A DNA stretch of 63,295 nt, filler included, from Octopus bimaculoides (GCF_001194135.2; 5 parts of 5 records of this genome joined end to end with filler, not necessarily neighbours in it); one strand, 5' to 3'; numbered from the whole stretch's first letter, positions 24,073-38,179 are shown. Notes: generated from the letters alone by a model not told the origin. Translations and numbers: made by a program.

Positions 24073-25440
24073 ATGGCTAATAGGACGAAGAAACTGGATC
24101 CCATGGGGAAACCTGTTGTCTGTTTGTATATGTGATCATGGAAAGAGAAATAGGTGTTGTCCACGATGATGGACATTAGTTGCTGTATATCAGTTGCGGT
24201 GAGTCCGAAGCAGTGGATGTTGGACGCTTCTATGCAGTCAGTCAATAGGCTGACCACCGAGTGTGCTGGTACCATTGTGTACATTGAGACAACGTCAAGA
24301 CGAAAAGCATATCTGTTTTGCCTGAGTTGGTCTGGGGACAGTTGGCGCAGTCTTGACATGTCCAAGAAAGGCAGAGAGTAAGGGTTTCAGGATGTGAGAA
24401 AGTAGCCAGGATATTTTATATAGAGGTCCTTCTACGCTGGAGATGATGGGTCTAATCTGGATCGTGTTGCTATCCGTATGTTTTAATGAGGTGATAGAAT
24501 CTGGGTAATCTACTGTTCTTTGTGATGAAGTTGTTCTTGTATTTGCTATGTAGTTGTCTCCGTCTACAAATGTCAGTCCATGCAGTGTTAATTCGGTCCT
24601 CAATCCTGGTCGCGGTTGTATCTGTCATTGCTTAAATGTCCTAGTGCCAGTCTATCAATAAACCTCACAAGAAATCACGCAGATTTCTTTCCCTTTGTCT
24701 GATGGTAATTAGATGAGGTTTTCGCTTTTTAGTTTTGTCAATGTTTTATGTTGCGCCTTGGTTAAGTTTGGAAATTATTTTTTTTTTATTCCTTCCTTAA
24801 GATGTTGGAGATATCCGACTATTTCAGTCTGGATAGTTTGTGGTTGAGTTCTCGGTTAGTTGGGGGTGGCTGGATTGGGTGGTCTAGTTGGTACATGGGA
24901 AATTTGCCGAGTGTGTTGTTGTTGTTCTTTACCGATAGCCATTTGCGTTGGTAGGCTGTTCGACAAAAGTTGGCTTCCAGGTCGAATAAGATTTTCTCGT
25001 TCGACTATTGGCTCAAGATAAATTTAGAGCCCAGTCTGAGAAGTTCTAGTTCTTCATGGGAGAGTGACCCACTCAAGTCTGTGACAAGTGATTTCATTGT
25101 TGATGGTGTGCTGGCGTCCTCGATGTTAGTGTTATCTTGTTCGGTGGACGTGTCCTGTTCATCTGTGTCGGTGTATTAGGCCGAGTTGTGGCGGTATTTG
25201 GTACAGAGCCACAGGAATTTAAGTTTAAGGCGTTGCGTCTCTTGGTCAACGCAGTGGTGGTAACATCGGTCAATAGCTGCAGTTGTTCTTCAGTATGTAG
25301 GTTCAGTGGTTGACCTGATGCTGGATATTATTTCAGAGAATTTGCCTATGTGCTCATGCAGTTGGTGGTGTAGATAGTGTATGATTTTCCTAATGACGAA
25401 CGTATGTATTTCAGTGATTGTTGAAAGGTAAGGTTCCAGA
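24073..25440 (-). mobile_element. Penelope-like element, truncated and frameshifted RT
   Basis: IRPIISSVEGPLYKISWLLSHILKPLL, LDVVSMYTMVP, NTYFSFHDHIYKQTTGFPMGS and upstream LPSDKG-like motif; RT homology ends at the SINE ending at 24072. Confidence 0.85.
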
Positions 25441-26277
25441 AGCACGTGGGTAGATGTATGTCCCTCTGTGTGTGTGTGTGTGTGTTTGTCCTCTCATCAC
25501 TACTTGACAACCAGTGCTGGTGTGCTTACATCCTTGTAACTTAGTGGTTCAGCAAAAGAGACTGATAGGATAAGCACTAGGCTTAAGATGTATGTCCTCT
25601 TCAGGGCAGTGCTCTCGCATGGTTGCAGTCAAATGACTGAAACAAGTAAAAGAATAAAGGAATATGTATTTTGAGTTTATGCGAATATTTTATTGCTTTA
25701 CGTGCATTTTTTTGTTTATTAGTTTGATCTGGAGAAACAAGATGAATCTATGGTCTTTGCAGACCCTCTGAGAAGAGTGACATTGATGTAGTTAATGTTT
25801 GTTCTTCTTTAAGAGATGCTTCAGGAAAAATGTGCAGAGAAGATTTCTAGAGAACCAGTGTTCTGTGGAGGAAGAACTAGGAATGGTAGATAGTGCAGAG
25901 CAAAGTGGAGGAATGGATTCTTATTGTAACAACTGTTTGTACAGCTACCAGCATTTCCCACTGCTAACCATTTAACTGTGGTTAATAGAATCTTTTTTCG
26001 TTCGTTCAAGTAAAATGGTGGGTGGAGAGTTATGTGCCCATGATCAAGGGCTATAACTCTCTAGACATGTATGTATATACATACGTGCTAAGAAGGTCCC
26101 AAAATAGGACAACCAGAAAATTTCATTAAATATTTCAGTTTTAAACACTTTCCACAGATTAACTTTTTAGGAATCCTTTTACGACTTACTATTTATTTTT
26201 CTCATATAATTATAGAATGACAACTCAATTCTATGTACTAATGGGAAAGATAACTCGAGTAGTGCATTTTCTGTGCC

Positions 26278-26585
26278 ACCAGCACGGGAGCCAGTCAGGT
26301 GGCACTGGCATCGGCCATGACTATGATTTCACTTAAGTCTGCAGGTATTCTCAAGCACAGCATATTGCCTGACGATTGAAGGGTACTTTTAAATGGGTCA
26401 ATTATGCAACACTGGCATTGGCCACGGCTACGATCTCACTTGGCTTGCCAGGACTTCTCAAGCACAGCATATCTCCAAAAGTTTCGGCCGCTTGTCATTG
26501 CTTCTATGAGGGCCAACATTCGAAGGTCGTGCTTCACCACCTCATCCCATGTCTTCCTCTTCCACAAATTCCTTCTACTGTTAGG
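26278..26585 (-). mobile_element. RTE LINE 3' end
   Basis: Minus strand RKTWDEVVKHDLRMLALIEAMTSGRNFWRYAVLEK, then 3' UTR; a similar + copy lies at about 50470-50590. Confidence 0.7.
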
Positions 26586-26653
26586 GTGGGACCCTCCTTC
26601 ACACAGCTGTCCTTATCTGTGTGAACAAGTGTCACACCCTAGCATACACACAC

Positions 26654-26686
<33 letters not shown>

Positions 26687-26959
26687 TACAGAGCTTCATT
26701 CAGTGCAGCATCCGGGTATCTTCCATAGTTTACACGATGGGGAAGGGGGCATGGAATTGGTTCCTGAAATGAGGATTAGTCATTAGAAATTTTAGACTTC
26801 AGGCTAGAAGGATTCCAAGAAGCAAACCAGCCTGAAAAAAAAGGATTTGGAAGCTCAAGGATCCTTTAAATGATCAGAGATTTAGGGACACCCTCATTGA
26901 GAAATTTTATGAGGAAGAGGGGGAGGGGAGGAGGAAGAGGAACTACAGACTTATAACAT

Positions 26960-27175
26960 AGGGGGCAATTGGCAGTTCCTATGGACAGCCTGCTGAGTGC
27001 CACAGACCAAATTTCTGGCTGGTGCAAAGTTCCAACCAGACCTAGAGTGACGTGGTGGTAAAACTATGTTGTAGACAAGGCCATTAGAACGATGAGACAG
27101 GCCTGGAAGAATGTAGAAAAAGTGTCGGGAGTAAGTCCATACAGTGTACCCAGTGCAAGCTATGGACACATAGTC
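26960..27175 (+). mobile_element. Internally deleted RTE fragment
   Basis: RPRVTWW*N..VDKAIR linker motif joined directly to VGSKSIQCTQCKLWTH. Confidence 0.55.
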
Positions 27176-28231
27176 TTATCTGCTCTTTAATCTGTCTTTC
27201 ATTCAGAATGTCTATCTTTAACCCTTTTGATATCAACATGCTGGAGACCATCCCTGTACCACCTCTGATACAAACTTCCTGTGTTAAAGTAGTCAAATAT
27301 CTTTCCTTCATCTTTGACTTGTCTCAGTCATTAGACTGTCACCATGCTGGGGCACTGCCTTCAAGAAGTTTTAGTCGAATAAATTGACCCCAGTGCTTTT
27401 TCTTTTAAGCCTGGTGCTTAATCTATCAGTTCTCTTTTGCCAAACTGTTAAGTTACAGAGATGTAAACACACCAACACCAGTTGTCAAGCAGTGGTGGGA
27501 GACAGACAAACACATACATTTAACAGACTTCTTTCAGTTTCTGTGTACCAAATCCACTCACAAAGCTTTGGCCAACCCAAGATTACAATAGAAGACACTT
27601 GGCCTAGGCGCCACACAGAGGGACTAAACCTGGAATCATAAGGATGGGAAGAAAGCCTCTTACCACACAGCCACGCCTGTATTCATATTCCAAATACCAG
27701 CTCAACGACAAGTTATTTTACTAAATTTGGCTATTAACTTTTCCCTAAACTGACACACAAAATGATGGTAAGCTTGTCACCTAATTATATCATCTAAATC
27801 CAGCCTTTTCCATTGTTACAGTCTCTTTCTTTATTACATTATTTGATCACTATCTAATCAAGATGAAACTCTGATTCTCATTAACAAATATGTTTAACAT
27901 CTAATGTTACTAAGTAGCTGATAAATATTGTCCTCCTAGGTGTGTGTGTGTGTGTTTGTGTCTCACAGAATTAGAGCTCCTCCTCTCATTGTCTCCTGTT
28001 TACCCACAAACAATACTTGAAAGACAACCCATTTGTCCACTGCATTGTCTGCAAGATCCTCTGCATCCAGTTTTAGTTCCATGCCATGCAGAATCCTCCT
28101 CAACCAAGATGACTGTAAAAAAAAAAGCATTCATACAGATAAAAATACGACATTAGGCATCTGTTCTGATTCCATCTACTTCACACTCTTGCCAACAACT
28201 CTAATATTTCTTATCTCCCAAAATGATAATT

Positions 28232-28439
28232 TACGAGAGGATACTGAAAAGTTCCTGGCTTTAAGGGTATCGCAAAAGGCCTAGTTGGAGGCGTAACCTT
28301 CCAAGTTCTTTTACAGGGCTTAGAAAAACTGAAGGACCATTGCAATAAGTGTGCAAATCTGAGAGGGGAATATGTTGAATAAAATTATAATTAACTGATC
28401 TGAAAGCCTGAAGCCAGGAGCTTTTCAGCACCCCTCATA
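28232..28439 (+). mobile_element. Mariner-derived MITE
   Basis: TA|CGAGAGGATACTGAAAAGTTCCTGGCTT...AAGCCAGGAGCTTTTCAGCACCCCTCA|TA; interior keeps a transposase C-terminus (CNKCANLRGEYVE*). Confidence 0.75.
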
Positions 28440-29199
28440 GTCTCAATAACAAATATATATACCAAGGAAACATTTTCCTTCCTCAACATTAACACACAGT
28501 TAAAACCAATCATTGTTGCTACAAATACTTAGTGATCAATCTCTCATGGTCTTTCACATGCATCCCACATGGTCTGTGTTGGTATTGCAGTCTAGCAAGA
28601 TACACCACATCTACAATGCCTGTATATCTCATGTCCTGCATCCTCAATACACACATTAAATTCATTTTGATCAAACTATACATCACCTACATTCATCTGG
28701 AAGGACCTTGCAAACTTATTATTTATTCCTCTTTTTTAAAAGTAGCTTAAATACCAACTTAAAAGCCACATTCCATGCGGACTTTTAAGCTAGCTCCTGT
28801 AGAGGGCTAACTGGACCTGTGGCCCAAAACTAATGAGAGCAATAATAATAAAGCATGTATTGCTACCCTACCAATATGGAATTACTTTAAACTCCGTTTA
28901 AATGAAAAATTTGTAAGTTCACAAATTTTGGGAGTTCTTTTAAAATTTTAATGCTGGATGTTCAAGAACCAAATGAAGGGCAAATTTTCAACCCCGGGAT
29001 CATCCTGATTCCAAAAATATGTCTATGTAGAGGAAATGTAGACTAATATAAAGGGTCTCATATGGATGGACAGAATTTTGCATTTATTATTATATAAATA
29101 CATGGATGCATATATCACATTTGAAACAGTCCTTAACGAAATTACCATTTATTGTCATAATTATTTATAAAAAGATCAAAGAAAGATCAAGACAGAAAA

Positions 29200-30917
29200 A
29201 CACTGAAGACAATCGAGTTTAATAAATCACACTTTATGTACACAACAACATAAAGGAAGCAGTTTGAACTAGTAACCTTCTTCACTGCCCTAACTATTAA
29301 TAATAATTAGCAATGATTTGGAAGTTCATGTAGAAAGATGACGGTGGTCAGTGTTTTGTATACCTAGTTCTGTCTTCTTTTATTCTTGGCAAGACTTGAG
29401 ACAATAAGGTTTATATATAATCATTTTCTTACATTATTTGCTTAAAAGGTTGCATGGCTTAGAGTTAAGAGCCTTGCTCAAGGGCCAACAGCACAGTGAC
29501 TGGAGTCCAACATGTAAAGAGTGAAAGATGTTTGATATATCTCAGCCATAAGCTACTATCACATAAATAACAAACAAAACACTGAGATCTTGGCTCAGTG
29601 ATTTTCATACAGAAATTAGCCTTGTCAATGTATTTAATATTCAATGGGGGTGGGTCAGAAAGTTTTTCTTTCTTTTTTGTCTTTCTTGCATTAAATAAAA
29701 CCTTATTGCTCAAAAACAGGCAGTCTTGTGCCAAGGTCTTTTTCCCCCTTGTTTCCTAGACAAAAGAGCAAATCCTGTCTTATTGATAAGAAGATAAATG
29801 TAATTTCCTATAGACCTACAATATAGAAAGCTAGCCCCTGAATTTTCAGCTAAATCCTGCCTAGAAGGGGGTGGGGTGGAATACATTATTATATAAGCAA
29901 AGGAAACTAGTACATACTGCTAAATTAAGATTATCACTTTAACATTAAGAAAACATTCAGAGAGAAAACATAGTGCAAGCATTAACAAAATGGAGTGATT
30001 GACAATTACAAGTTAAAGAAAAAAACCCAAAATTGCAGAATAATTGAAATGTTTACCAAACAATAAATTTACAGCAAGCAAGTTTTACACAAGCAGTTGC
30101 AATGTGTCAGTGACCAGGTTATAAAAAAAAAAAAAAGGAGAAAAAAAAAAAAAGAAACAAAAAAACTTTTTTTTGTTAGTTAATAAATTGACTAATTAAT
30201 GCTATTTAAATTTTTACTGGTCTGCAAACCACAGACAAAGGAATAGATAAAAGGGAGAAGTAGGAAATAGAAAAAAGAATAGGGGGGGAAAAAAACTAAA
30301 ATTTGGGCCCCAGCTTTATGATACATCTTTAACTAAACAGAATAAAAGATTAATCTGAAAAAGACAAAAAAGACCCATATATCTAAACTGAACAATGAAA
30401 GGATAAAGGTATGGTAATAGCTACAGGTGAAAAATTAACTAATTACTCTTGAAATAAAGAAATGGAACATAAATATTAAAAAAAAAAATATAAACTATTC
30501 CATAGTGAAGGGTGTCCTCCTCCCCTTATTCCTTATGCAGTGTTTGCAGAAGATATTTAAAAAATACACAAAGGGCAAGAAGCAATTATGCATGATCAAT
30601 GAACGGTGTAACAGCAGTGAAAGCTGTGCTCAAGAACTGGTCCCCCAATCATATTACCAGCATAGGGGAGTGTGTAGGGATTATAGGGATCATGGGATTA
30701 GTCTCTGCAAGAAGAACAATGTCAAGACGGTCCTCATTGAGTGGGGTGGGGTCGGGAAGGGTAGCGGAAGAGTTCAATTTCTTTTTATATATATTTCTGT
30801 TTAGTTTGTTTACACTGTTTTAATCTAATACTGGTATTCAGCCCCCGTTTTATTTTGTTAGTTTGTTTTCTTTTTTTCGTTTCGTTTTGTTTACTAGTGA
30901 AGAGACGAACAACTAGA
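29200..30917 (-). other. TOLLIP: Probable TOLLIP 3' UTR
   Basis: About 1.7 kb of U-rich, transposon-free minus-strand sequence after the stop; ATTAAA (plus tttaat 29218-29223) followed by a GU/U-rich stretch. The end point is inferred. Confidence 0.4.
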
Positions 30918-31123
30918 TTATTGTTCTGAACTCATTGAGAGCAGTGAATTAATCACTGCATTTTTGTTGCCTCGTTGCGCAATGAAAACTGACTGAATGA
31001 CATTGGTTTCAATTCCTGGGAACATATCCTTCATTTGTTGAACATCAGATTCTGTGTATGCTGGAGCTTGTTGTACAGGGGCTGGAGGCAGCTGGGTCGT
31101 TTGATACACTGGAGTGCCACCAA
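30918..31123 (-). CDS. TOLLIP: Toll-interacting protein, terminal coding exon with CUE domain
   Basis: Minus-strand acceptor ctctattgcAG; 206 nt ending TAA; DVQQMKDMFPGIETNVIQSVFIAQRGNKNAVINSLLSM matches the TOLLIP CUE motif (DMFP...AQRGNK...INSLL). Confidence 0.92.
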
Positions 31124-32779
31124 CTGCAATAGAGACAGGAAAAGTTAGTAAAACAACCAATTACCTACAAATTAATTTAAAAAACAAAAACGCTATCTCA
31201 CTGTGTACCAAGAAATAAGGAAGAGGGTGTGTGTGTGTGTGCATGCAAGAATGAACAGGCCTGATTATTAAAATCAAACTTCTAATCAGTACAGATGCAG
31301 ATAGATACTCAGGCATCATGGCTCATGTGTACTGATGTCACTTTTTATGGTTTTCTTACACTTAATCACATAACATGTGCAATAATATCTATAATTTACA
31401 GGATGCACTGAAACAGCTGTAAAGATTCATATCTTGTAATATTATGTTACCTAAGGTAGTGAGCAGGCAGAATTATTAGCACACCAGGTAAAATGCTTAG
31501 CAGCATTTTGTCCAAATACTAGTAACAATTGACTTAACCCTGTCCCAAAATTGCTGGCCTGGTACCAAAATTTGAAACCAATTTTCTAACAACTTATGTA
31601 AATATATTTGTATACCAATAACTGTCCAAATGTATAGATAACTAGACAGATCAGAATCTTCCCTAACTGTTTTGTTTTCTGCTGAATATCCCTTTCACTT
31701 CCACTTTTCCCCAATACACCCTCTCAATAGCAGCTCCCACTATTTCCACCTCAATATACCACTGACCTCCCCCTAGGCACAGTGCATCTCTTGCACACTG
31801 TCTACTATCCACATCACCTGTACTGCCTCCTATTGCCTCCACCTGCATTTACCTCTACCTCCATCTCTATCCATCTGCTGTCCTCCATTTACACTCTTGA
31901 GAACTTACCTGCCCCTTTACCCTGTCCAATCCCTGGACCACTTATGTTCACCTTCCTGTAACTTGAGAGTATGCCCTGACACCTCTTCACCATCTCTCCT
32001 TTTCAAGCTGGGGTAGTCACTACAAGACATCTATTTGTGTCCCTCTATCATATGTTAACATCTCCTCAGCTGAGGGGTCTTGTCTTACAAGTTACTTGCT
32101 AACCTCACAAGTGATAGAGTCATGTAAAAAGCACCCACTAAGTGGTTGATGATAGGAAGAGTATCCAGTGATAGAAACCATGCTACAGTAGACAATAGTC
32201 CTTGATGTAGCCCTCTGACTTGTCAGATCCTGCCAAATCGTCTAACCCATGCCAGCATGAAAAACAGGTGTTGAACAATAGGAGAGACAGATGACTGTAA
32301 ATACTAACTTCTCTGATGGAAAATGTACGATCCAATATAGGCTGCAGGTTAGTGCCTTCAGAATAAGAGGAAGACAGAATGAGAGACAAAGAAGGTGAGG
32401 AAAATGAAACATTCATATCCTTCTGCTAAATATTTGTTCAGGGCTATTCTAGATGATGTATACAATAAGAAAGAAAAGAACAGAAACCAATAACACTTAT
32501 CAAATTGGTAGTTTTTACAATAGTACACAGGATCTGTGGCTGGAGCAAGGTGCAAGCCACAAGGTGTTACAGTAGTGAAATAGTACCTTTAGAGAGAACA
32601 CTAACAGTTAAAAGATAAGCATGGAAGAACTGGAAGGGAACATCAAAGAACACCGTCATGTAGCTGAGAGGGAAGCTAGCTGGTTCACAGAGAGCAGAAA
32701 TTTTGTTAGTGTTCTGCAATAAGAGGATCAGAAGTTCTGGATTATAAAGCAAGAGTCTTGTGGGTGAATCAAAATGTCA

Positions 32780-33110
32780 ATGGGGTAAAGTGTGCGCAGG
32801 AATGACAGTGGTGTACTTACCTTCATTGGCAATAAGAGGAGACAAGACAGAGAAATATGTGCGAGAGGAAGAGGAGTTACACCAAATATACACAATAGAG
32901 TAACCAATTATTCAAGTGGACAGTTAAATATGGATATAGTTGAAATGGCCATTAAACATCTAAAGTTGGGGAAAGTGACAGATGAATCAAGTATAGTTGC
33001 TATGATGCTGAAAATATCTGAAGTTAAGGGGTTAGGCTAGCCATTCACATAATCAATCAAGTAATGCCCAGACTGGTGGGGCAGTATAATTGTGGACTGC
33101 TATAAGGGTG
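32780..33110 (+). mobile_element. RTE-clade LINE fragment (start of RT)
   Basis: VEMAIKHLKLGKVTDESSIVAMMLK resembles EV--AI--MK-GKA-GPSG---EMLK. Confidence 0.6.
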
Positions 33111-33379
33111 TTAACAAATTTACTCCTACAGTAACAACAATAATTCATTCTATTATATTAAAATATACAAGTTCATTCAATAAAAACTCCACCCTTTTCC
33201 CTCAGTCAAAACTAATTTTATCATAAACAAATGCCCAAAACCTAGAAGTTAGGTAACAAGGTTGTCAAAGACAACAGATATAAAGTCAGACTGTTAAAAC
33301 TGTCAGTTTGTTCCCCATCCCATCCCCTCCACCATTATGTCTGTCATTTTCTTTGTTGTCTATTTCAGTACAAGGTATA

Positions 33380-33650
33380 ATGTCAAAATATTGTGACATG
33401 TTCTCCGGCTGCAAAACCGGAGTATTGCCACCTGTAACACAGAGGAGAGGAAGATAAACAAATACAGGAGCCTGACCAGCCGTTATCAATCAGTGTCAAG
33501 ACCTCAGATGTTCTTGGACACCCGCATTGCTGATTTCCTCTGCAAATTCAGAGTAACTGTGGCCTGTGAAGTGGGGTGGCTGCTGCAGCGAGTGTCACAA
33601 ACCATTCTTTGCGGCAATGCCTTTGCCATCATGTCTGCGAAGCACAGCTA
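33380..33650 (+). mobile_element. CRE/R2-type non-LTR retrotransposon remnant (restriction-like endonuclease C-terminus)
   Basis: EERKINKYRSL, SVKTSDVLG, EVGWLLQRVSQTILCGNAFAI* resemble the AE-RK--KY...ET-G--G...LFQR-S-A--RGNA pattern. Confidence 0.55.
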
Positions 33651-33972
33651 AACATGTCATTTGTTCTGGGGTGTACAACCCATTACTCCCTCACCCCACC
33701 ATCTTCTGTTGCTTAATTCCCCTCTTCTTTTTCTTTGTTTCCTTGGTGAGGTACTTATTCTTTAATACTTTTACACATTTCAGTCATCTGACTGCGGTCA
33801 TGCTGGAGCACCACCTTTAAGGGTTTTTTAGTTGAAGAAATCGACCCCAGGACTTATTCTCTGCAAGCCTAGTACTTATTCTATCATTCTTTTTAGCCAA
33901 ACCACTAAGTTACAGGAACATAAACACACCACCATTGATTGTCAAGCAAAAGTGGGGGACAAACACATATAC

Positions 33973-34012
<40 letters not shown>

Positions 34013-34395
34013 ATTTATAGATCTATACCAAAATTTGGTAAAAATATTGTATTTGTTATCAACGTAGCAAAATTCTCACATGTAAGTTTTTGTATGTATA
34101 TCAATTTAAATAAAAGTCTTTANNNNNNNNNNNNNNNNNNNNNNNNNNNNNNNNNNNNNNNNNNNNNNNNNNNNNNNNNNNNNNNNNNNNNNNNNNNNNN
34201 NNNNNNNNNNNNNNNNNNNNNNNNNNNNNNNNTGTATATATACGAGTTGTGGAATGGAGTAGGAAAGATCTAAGCTACATATGTTTCATAGCAAGTGGAA
34301 CCTCAGAAGTAGTAAAATCCAAGTGAGGTGTATACCACTGGCTACTCTTCAGGCCAAGGAAAGTTTGATCAGATTAAAGGTTACATTGTCACGAG

Positions 34396-34785
34396 GGAAA
34401 GAAAATGGAGAAAAAGTGGATGTATGAATAATTTATTTGTATGATATAAAAATGCTGAAAAGTTTTTTAAAAACAAGCAATACGAATAAATTAATTATAA
34501 GTTGTAAAGCTAAAAAAAATGCGAAAAAACCTACATACATGTTTCAGTACTATCTCCTAGCTGAAAAGGAATTCTAAGCATGTAACATTGTTTAATGCTT
34601 AGAATTCTTTTTCAACTAGGAGATAATCCTGAAACAATATATGTAGATTTTTTCGCATTTTTTTTTAGCTTTGCAACTTATAATTAATTTATTTGCATTG
34701 TTATGTTTTTTGAAAAATCTTTTCAACATTTTTATATCATACAAATAAATTATTCATACACCCACTGTTTCTCCATTTCCTTTCC
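34396..34785. repeat. 390-bp fold-back (arms about 188 bp) in the last TOLLIP intron
   Basis: GGAAAGAAAATGGAG...ATTCTAAGCAT, loop about 34582-34594, ATGCTTAGAATT...CTCCATTTCCTTTCC; arms complementary along their length with scattered mismatches. Confidence 0.9.
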
Positions 34786-35066
34786 TTCATCATCGTTTAA
34801 CGTCCGCTTTCCATGCTAGCATGGGTTGGACGATTTGACTGAGGACTGGTGAAACCAGATGGCTACACCAGGCTCCAATCTGATTTGGCAGAGTTTCTAC
34901 AGCTGGATGCCCTTCCTAACACCAGGTGGTACTGGCATTACTACAATAACATATAACAGTGACTTTTATATTATATGATAGTGATTAACTAGTGGAATCT
35001 TTGGGATTATATAATCCCTAATGTGGATCTAACTTCCTCAAATTGACTCTCTCTCTCTCGTTCGTG

Positions 35067-35122
<56 letters not shown>

Positions 35123-38100
35123 ACAGTCTTCTTTCGGTTTCCATCTACCAAACCACTCACAAGGCTTTGGTCGGCCCAAGGCTATAGTAGAAGAGACTTG
35201 CCCAAGGTGCCACACAGTGGGACTGAACCCAGAACCATGTGATTAAGAAGGAAGCTTCTTACCACACAACCACCAGACCACTTCTGCTGGTTCTACAATA
35301 CGAAATTTTGTTTTCAGGAGTTGNNNNNNNNNNNNNNNNNNNNNNNNNNNNNNNNNNNNNNNNNNNNNNNNNNNNNNNTACAAAGTTGACCATAATAAAA
35401 TTTGAACTGGGAATATAAGGATCAGGCCAAATACCACAAGGCATTTTGTCTGATGCCCTAATCATTCTACCAATCAATTATCCTTCACACCAGCTTAATA
35501 ACTGCTTCAGATTTTGACATAAGATCAGTAATTTTAGAGGAAGGAGTTTAGTTAATTATACCGATACCAGTATTCCAGTGGTTCTTATTTTATCAACCCT
35601 GGGAAAATGAAAGGTAAATGTTAACCTTGGCAATATTTGAACTCAGCATAAAGAGTCAGAAGAAATGCCATGAAGTGGTTTGCTCCATAAGCTAATGATT
35701 CTGCCAGCACACTGCCTTAATAATCCTTTTTACTATAGGCACAAGGCCTGAAATTTGGGGGAGGGGACTAGTCGACTACATCAACCCCAGTGTTCCACTG
35801 GTACTTATTTCATCAACCCCAAAAGGAAGAAAAGCAAAGTTGATCTTGGCAGGATTTGAACTCGGAACATACTGCTAAACATTGTGCCCGGTGTGCTAAT
35901 GATTCTGCCAGCTCACCATCTTACACTACCTCAATAATAATAATAATGCAATAGCTTTGAAATATTTGTTTTAAATCCTTCAAAATTGTTGGGTTTTTTT
36001 CCAAAATTAATTGAAGCATATCATATATTTCATTTGAGATATGACCTGGGAAAGGGTTAAATGTATTTACGCTTTTTCTGCCATCATCACAGGAATTCTC
36101 TCCAGAGCATCATCTCAGTCTATACATCACATGTACTACCCATCACCATACATATAAATTTTTTACCTCAAACCATATTCTACTATGGGTAGATCTCACT
36201 CTAGAAAGTTCTATATAAGAAGCTTCTAATATCTTTTATCTTTCACTTGTTTCAGTCATTAGACTGTGGTCATGCTGGGGCACCACCTTGAATTTATTTT
36301 AGTTGAATGAATCAATCCCAGTACTTATTTCCTTTTAAGCCTGGTACTGGGATTGATTCATTCTCTATTGGTCTTTTTGGTTGAACTGCTAAGTCACAGG
36401 GACATAAACACACCAACACTAGTTGTCAAGCAGTGGTGGAAGACAAACACAGATACAAAGACACTCTCTTTGTCTCATATATATATATATATATATANNN
36501 NNNNNNNNNNNNNNNNNNNNNNNNNNNNNNNNNNNNNNNNNNNNNNNNNNNNNNNNNNNNNNNNNNNNNNNNNNNNNNNNNNNNNNNNNNNNNNNNNNNN
36601 NNNNNNNNNNNNNNNNNNNNNNNNNNNNNNNNNNNNNNNNNNNNNNNNNNNNNNNNNNNNNNNNNNNNNNNNNNNNNNNNNNNNNNNNNNNNNNNNNNNN
36701 NNNNNNNNNNNNNNNNNNNNNNNNNNNNNNNNNNNNNNNNNNNNNNNNNNNNNNNNNNNNNNNNNNNNNNNNNNNNNNNNNNNNNNNNNNNNNNNNNNNN
36801 NNNNNNNNNNNNNNNNNNNNNNNNNNNNNNNNNNNNNNNNNNNNNNNNNNNNNNNNNNNNNNNNNNNNNNNNNNNNNNNNNNNNNNNNNNNNNNNNNNNN
36901 NNNNNNNNNNNNNNNNNNNNNNNNNNNNNNNNNNNNNNNNNNNNNNNNNNNNNNNNNNNNNNNNNNNNNNNNNNNNNNNNNNNNNNNNNNNNNNNNNNNN
37001 NNNNNNNNNNNNNNNNNNNNNNNNNNNNNNNNNNNNNNNNNNNNNNNNNNNNNNNNNNNNNNNNNNNNNNNNNNNNNNNNNNNNNNNNNNNNNNNNNNNN
37101 NNNNNNNNNNNNNNNNNNNNNNNNNNNNNNNNNNNNNNNNNNATTACTACAGATTCTAGTACAAAGCTCTCTAAAAAAACTCAAAAGTTTCTCTGCTATA
37201 ATATACAGAGTAATATGTGGTTGTTTAATAGCATGTAATACTGTAATTAATTTTCTAGTGAAATAACAGATCATTATTTAATTAGTGCCAAGAGGGAAAA
37301 ACTGATACCCAAAACAGGACTAACTTCTTAAGCTCCAATATCTAAAGTGCAACTTATGTCCTTAATTGTAGAACATGAATGAATACATCAGCCTATAAAG
37401 GGGTATGTCATTATCTCCTAACTAAAACTGATAGGGTAAAACTACATTTGAAATTAGTACCTGGAATATAATTAAATATCACGTTTTTTTCATTTTTTTT
37501 CTGCCAGTGTTATCTCCCTACAAATTCAAAGTAGTGTTGTGATGGTGAGAATTTAGATGTTTAATCAACTGAATTACCTACCATTGTAAGTAAGATCTGG
37601 CATGATACAGTACAGGAAAAGGCTGTACCATTTTAATTACAGCTACAATACTCCCAATCGGTTTCTGCACAGTTTCTAACAGTGGATGTATCAACCCAAG
37701 GCTATAGAAAATGACAATTTGCCTAAGATATCATGCCTCCCAAACCATCTGCTTCTAGTATGGCTAGATTTACTTATCCATCTGGCTAGTTTATGTCATG
37801 ATCCAAGGTGGAGCACACAACATATACACTCAAACTGCTAAAAAATAACAGCTAAATCTCTCTCAAATAACATCTCCTGTCTTACAAACAAGGAAGAACA
37901 CAGTTGTATAATGTAGACCTATACCTGACGGAAAACCAAGATGTTGAGCAGGATAAGGAATTTGATAGTAGGTCTGCTCGATCGGAGACACTGACCTAGG
38001 TTTTAAACAACAAAAACTAGTCAATCTTTTCTTGAGAGAGGTGGTGCCATGACTACGACCTTGTATAAATTGTTTCCTGCCTGGAACACGAAATAAAAAC

Positions 38101-38179
38101 AGAAGCAAACTGAGGGTTAGTCCAGAAGTGAGTGTACATGGTCAGTGAAGCAGATATGACACTGTATTTAAAATAATAA

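Noticed and set aside
27990-28113. Strong minus-strand acceptor (T9-ACAG) downstream of TOLLIP
   Set aside because: No recognisable peptide in any frame; a poly-T tract explains the signal.
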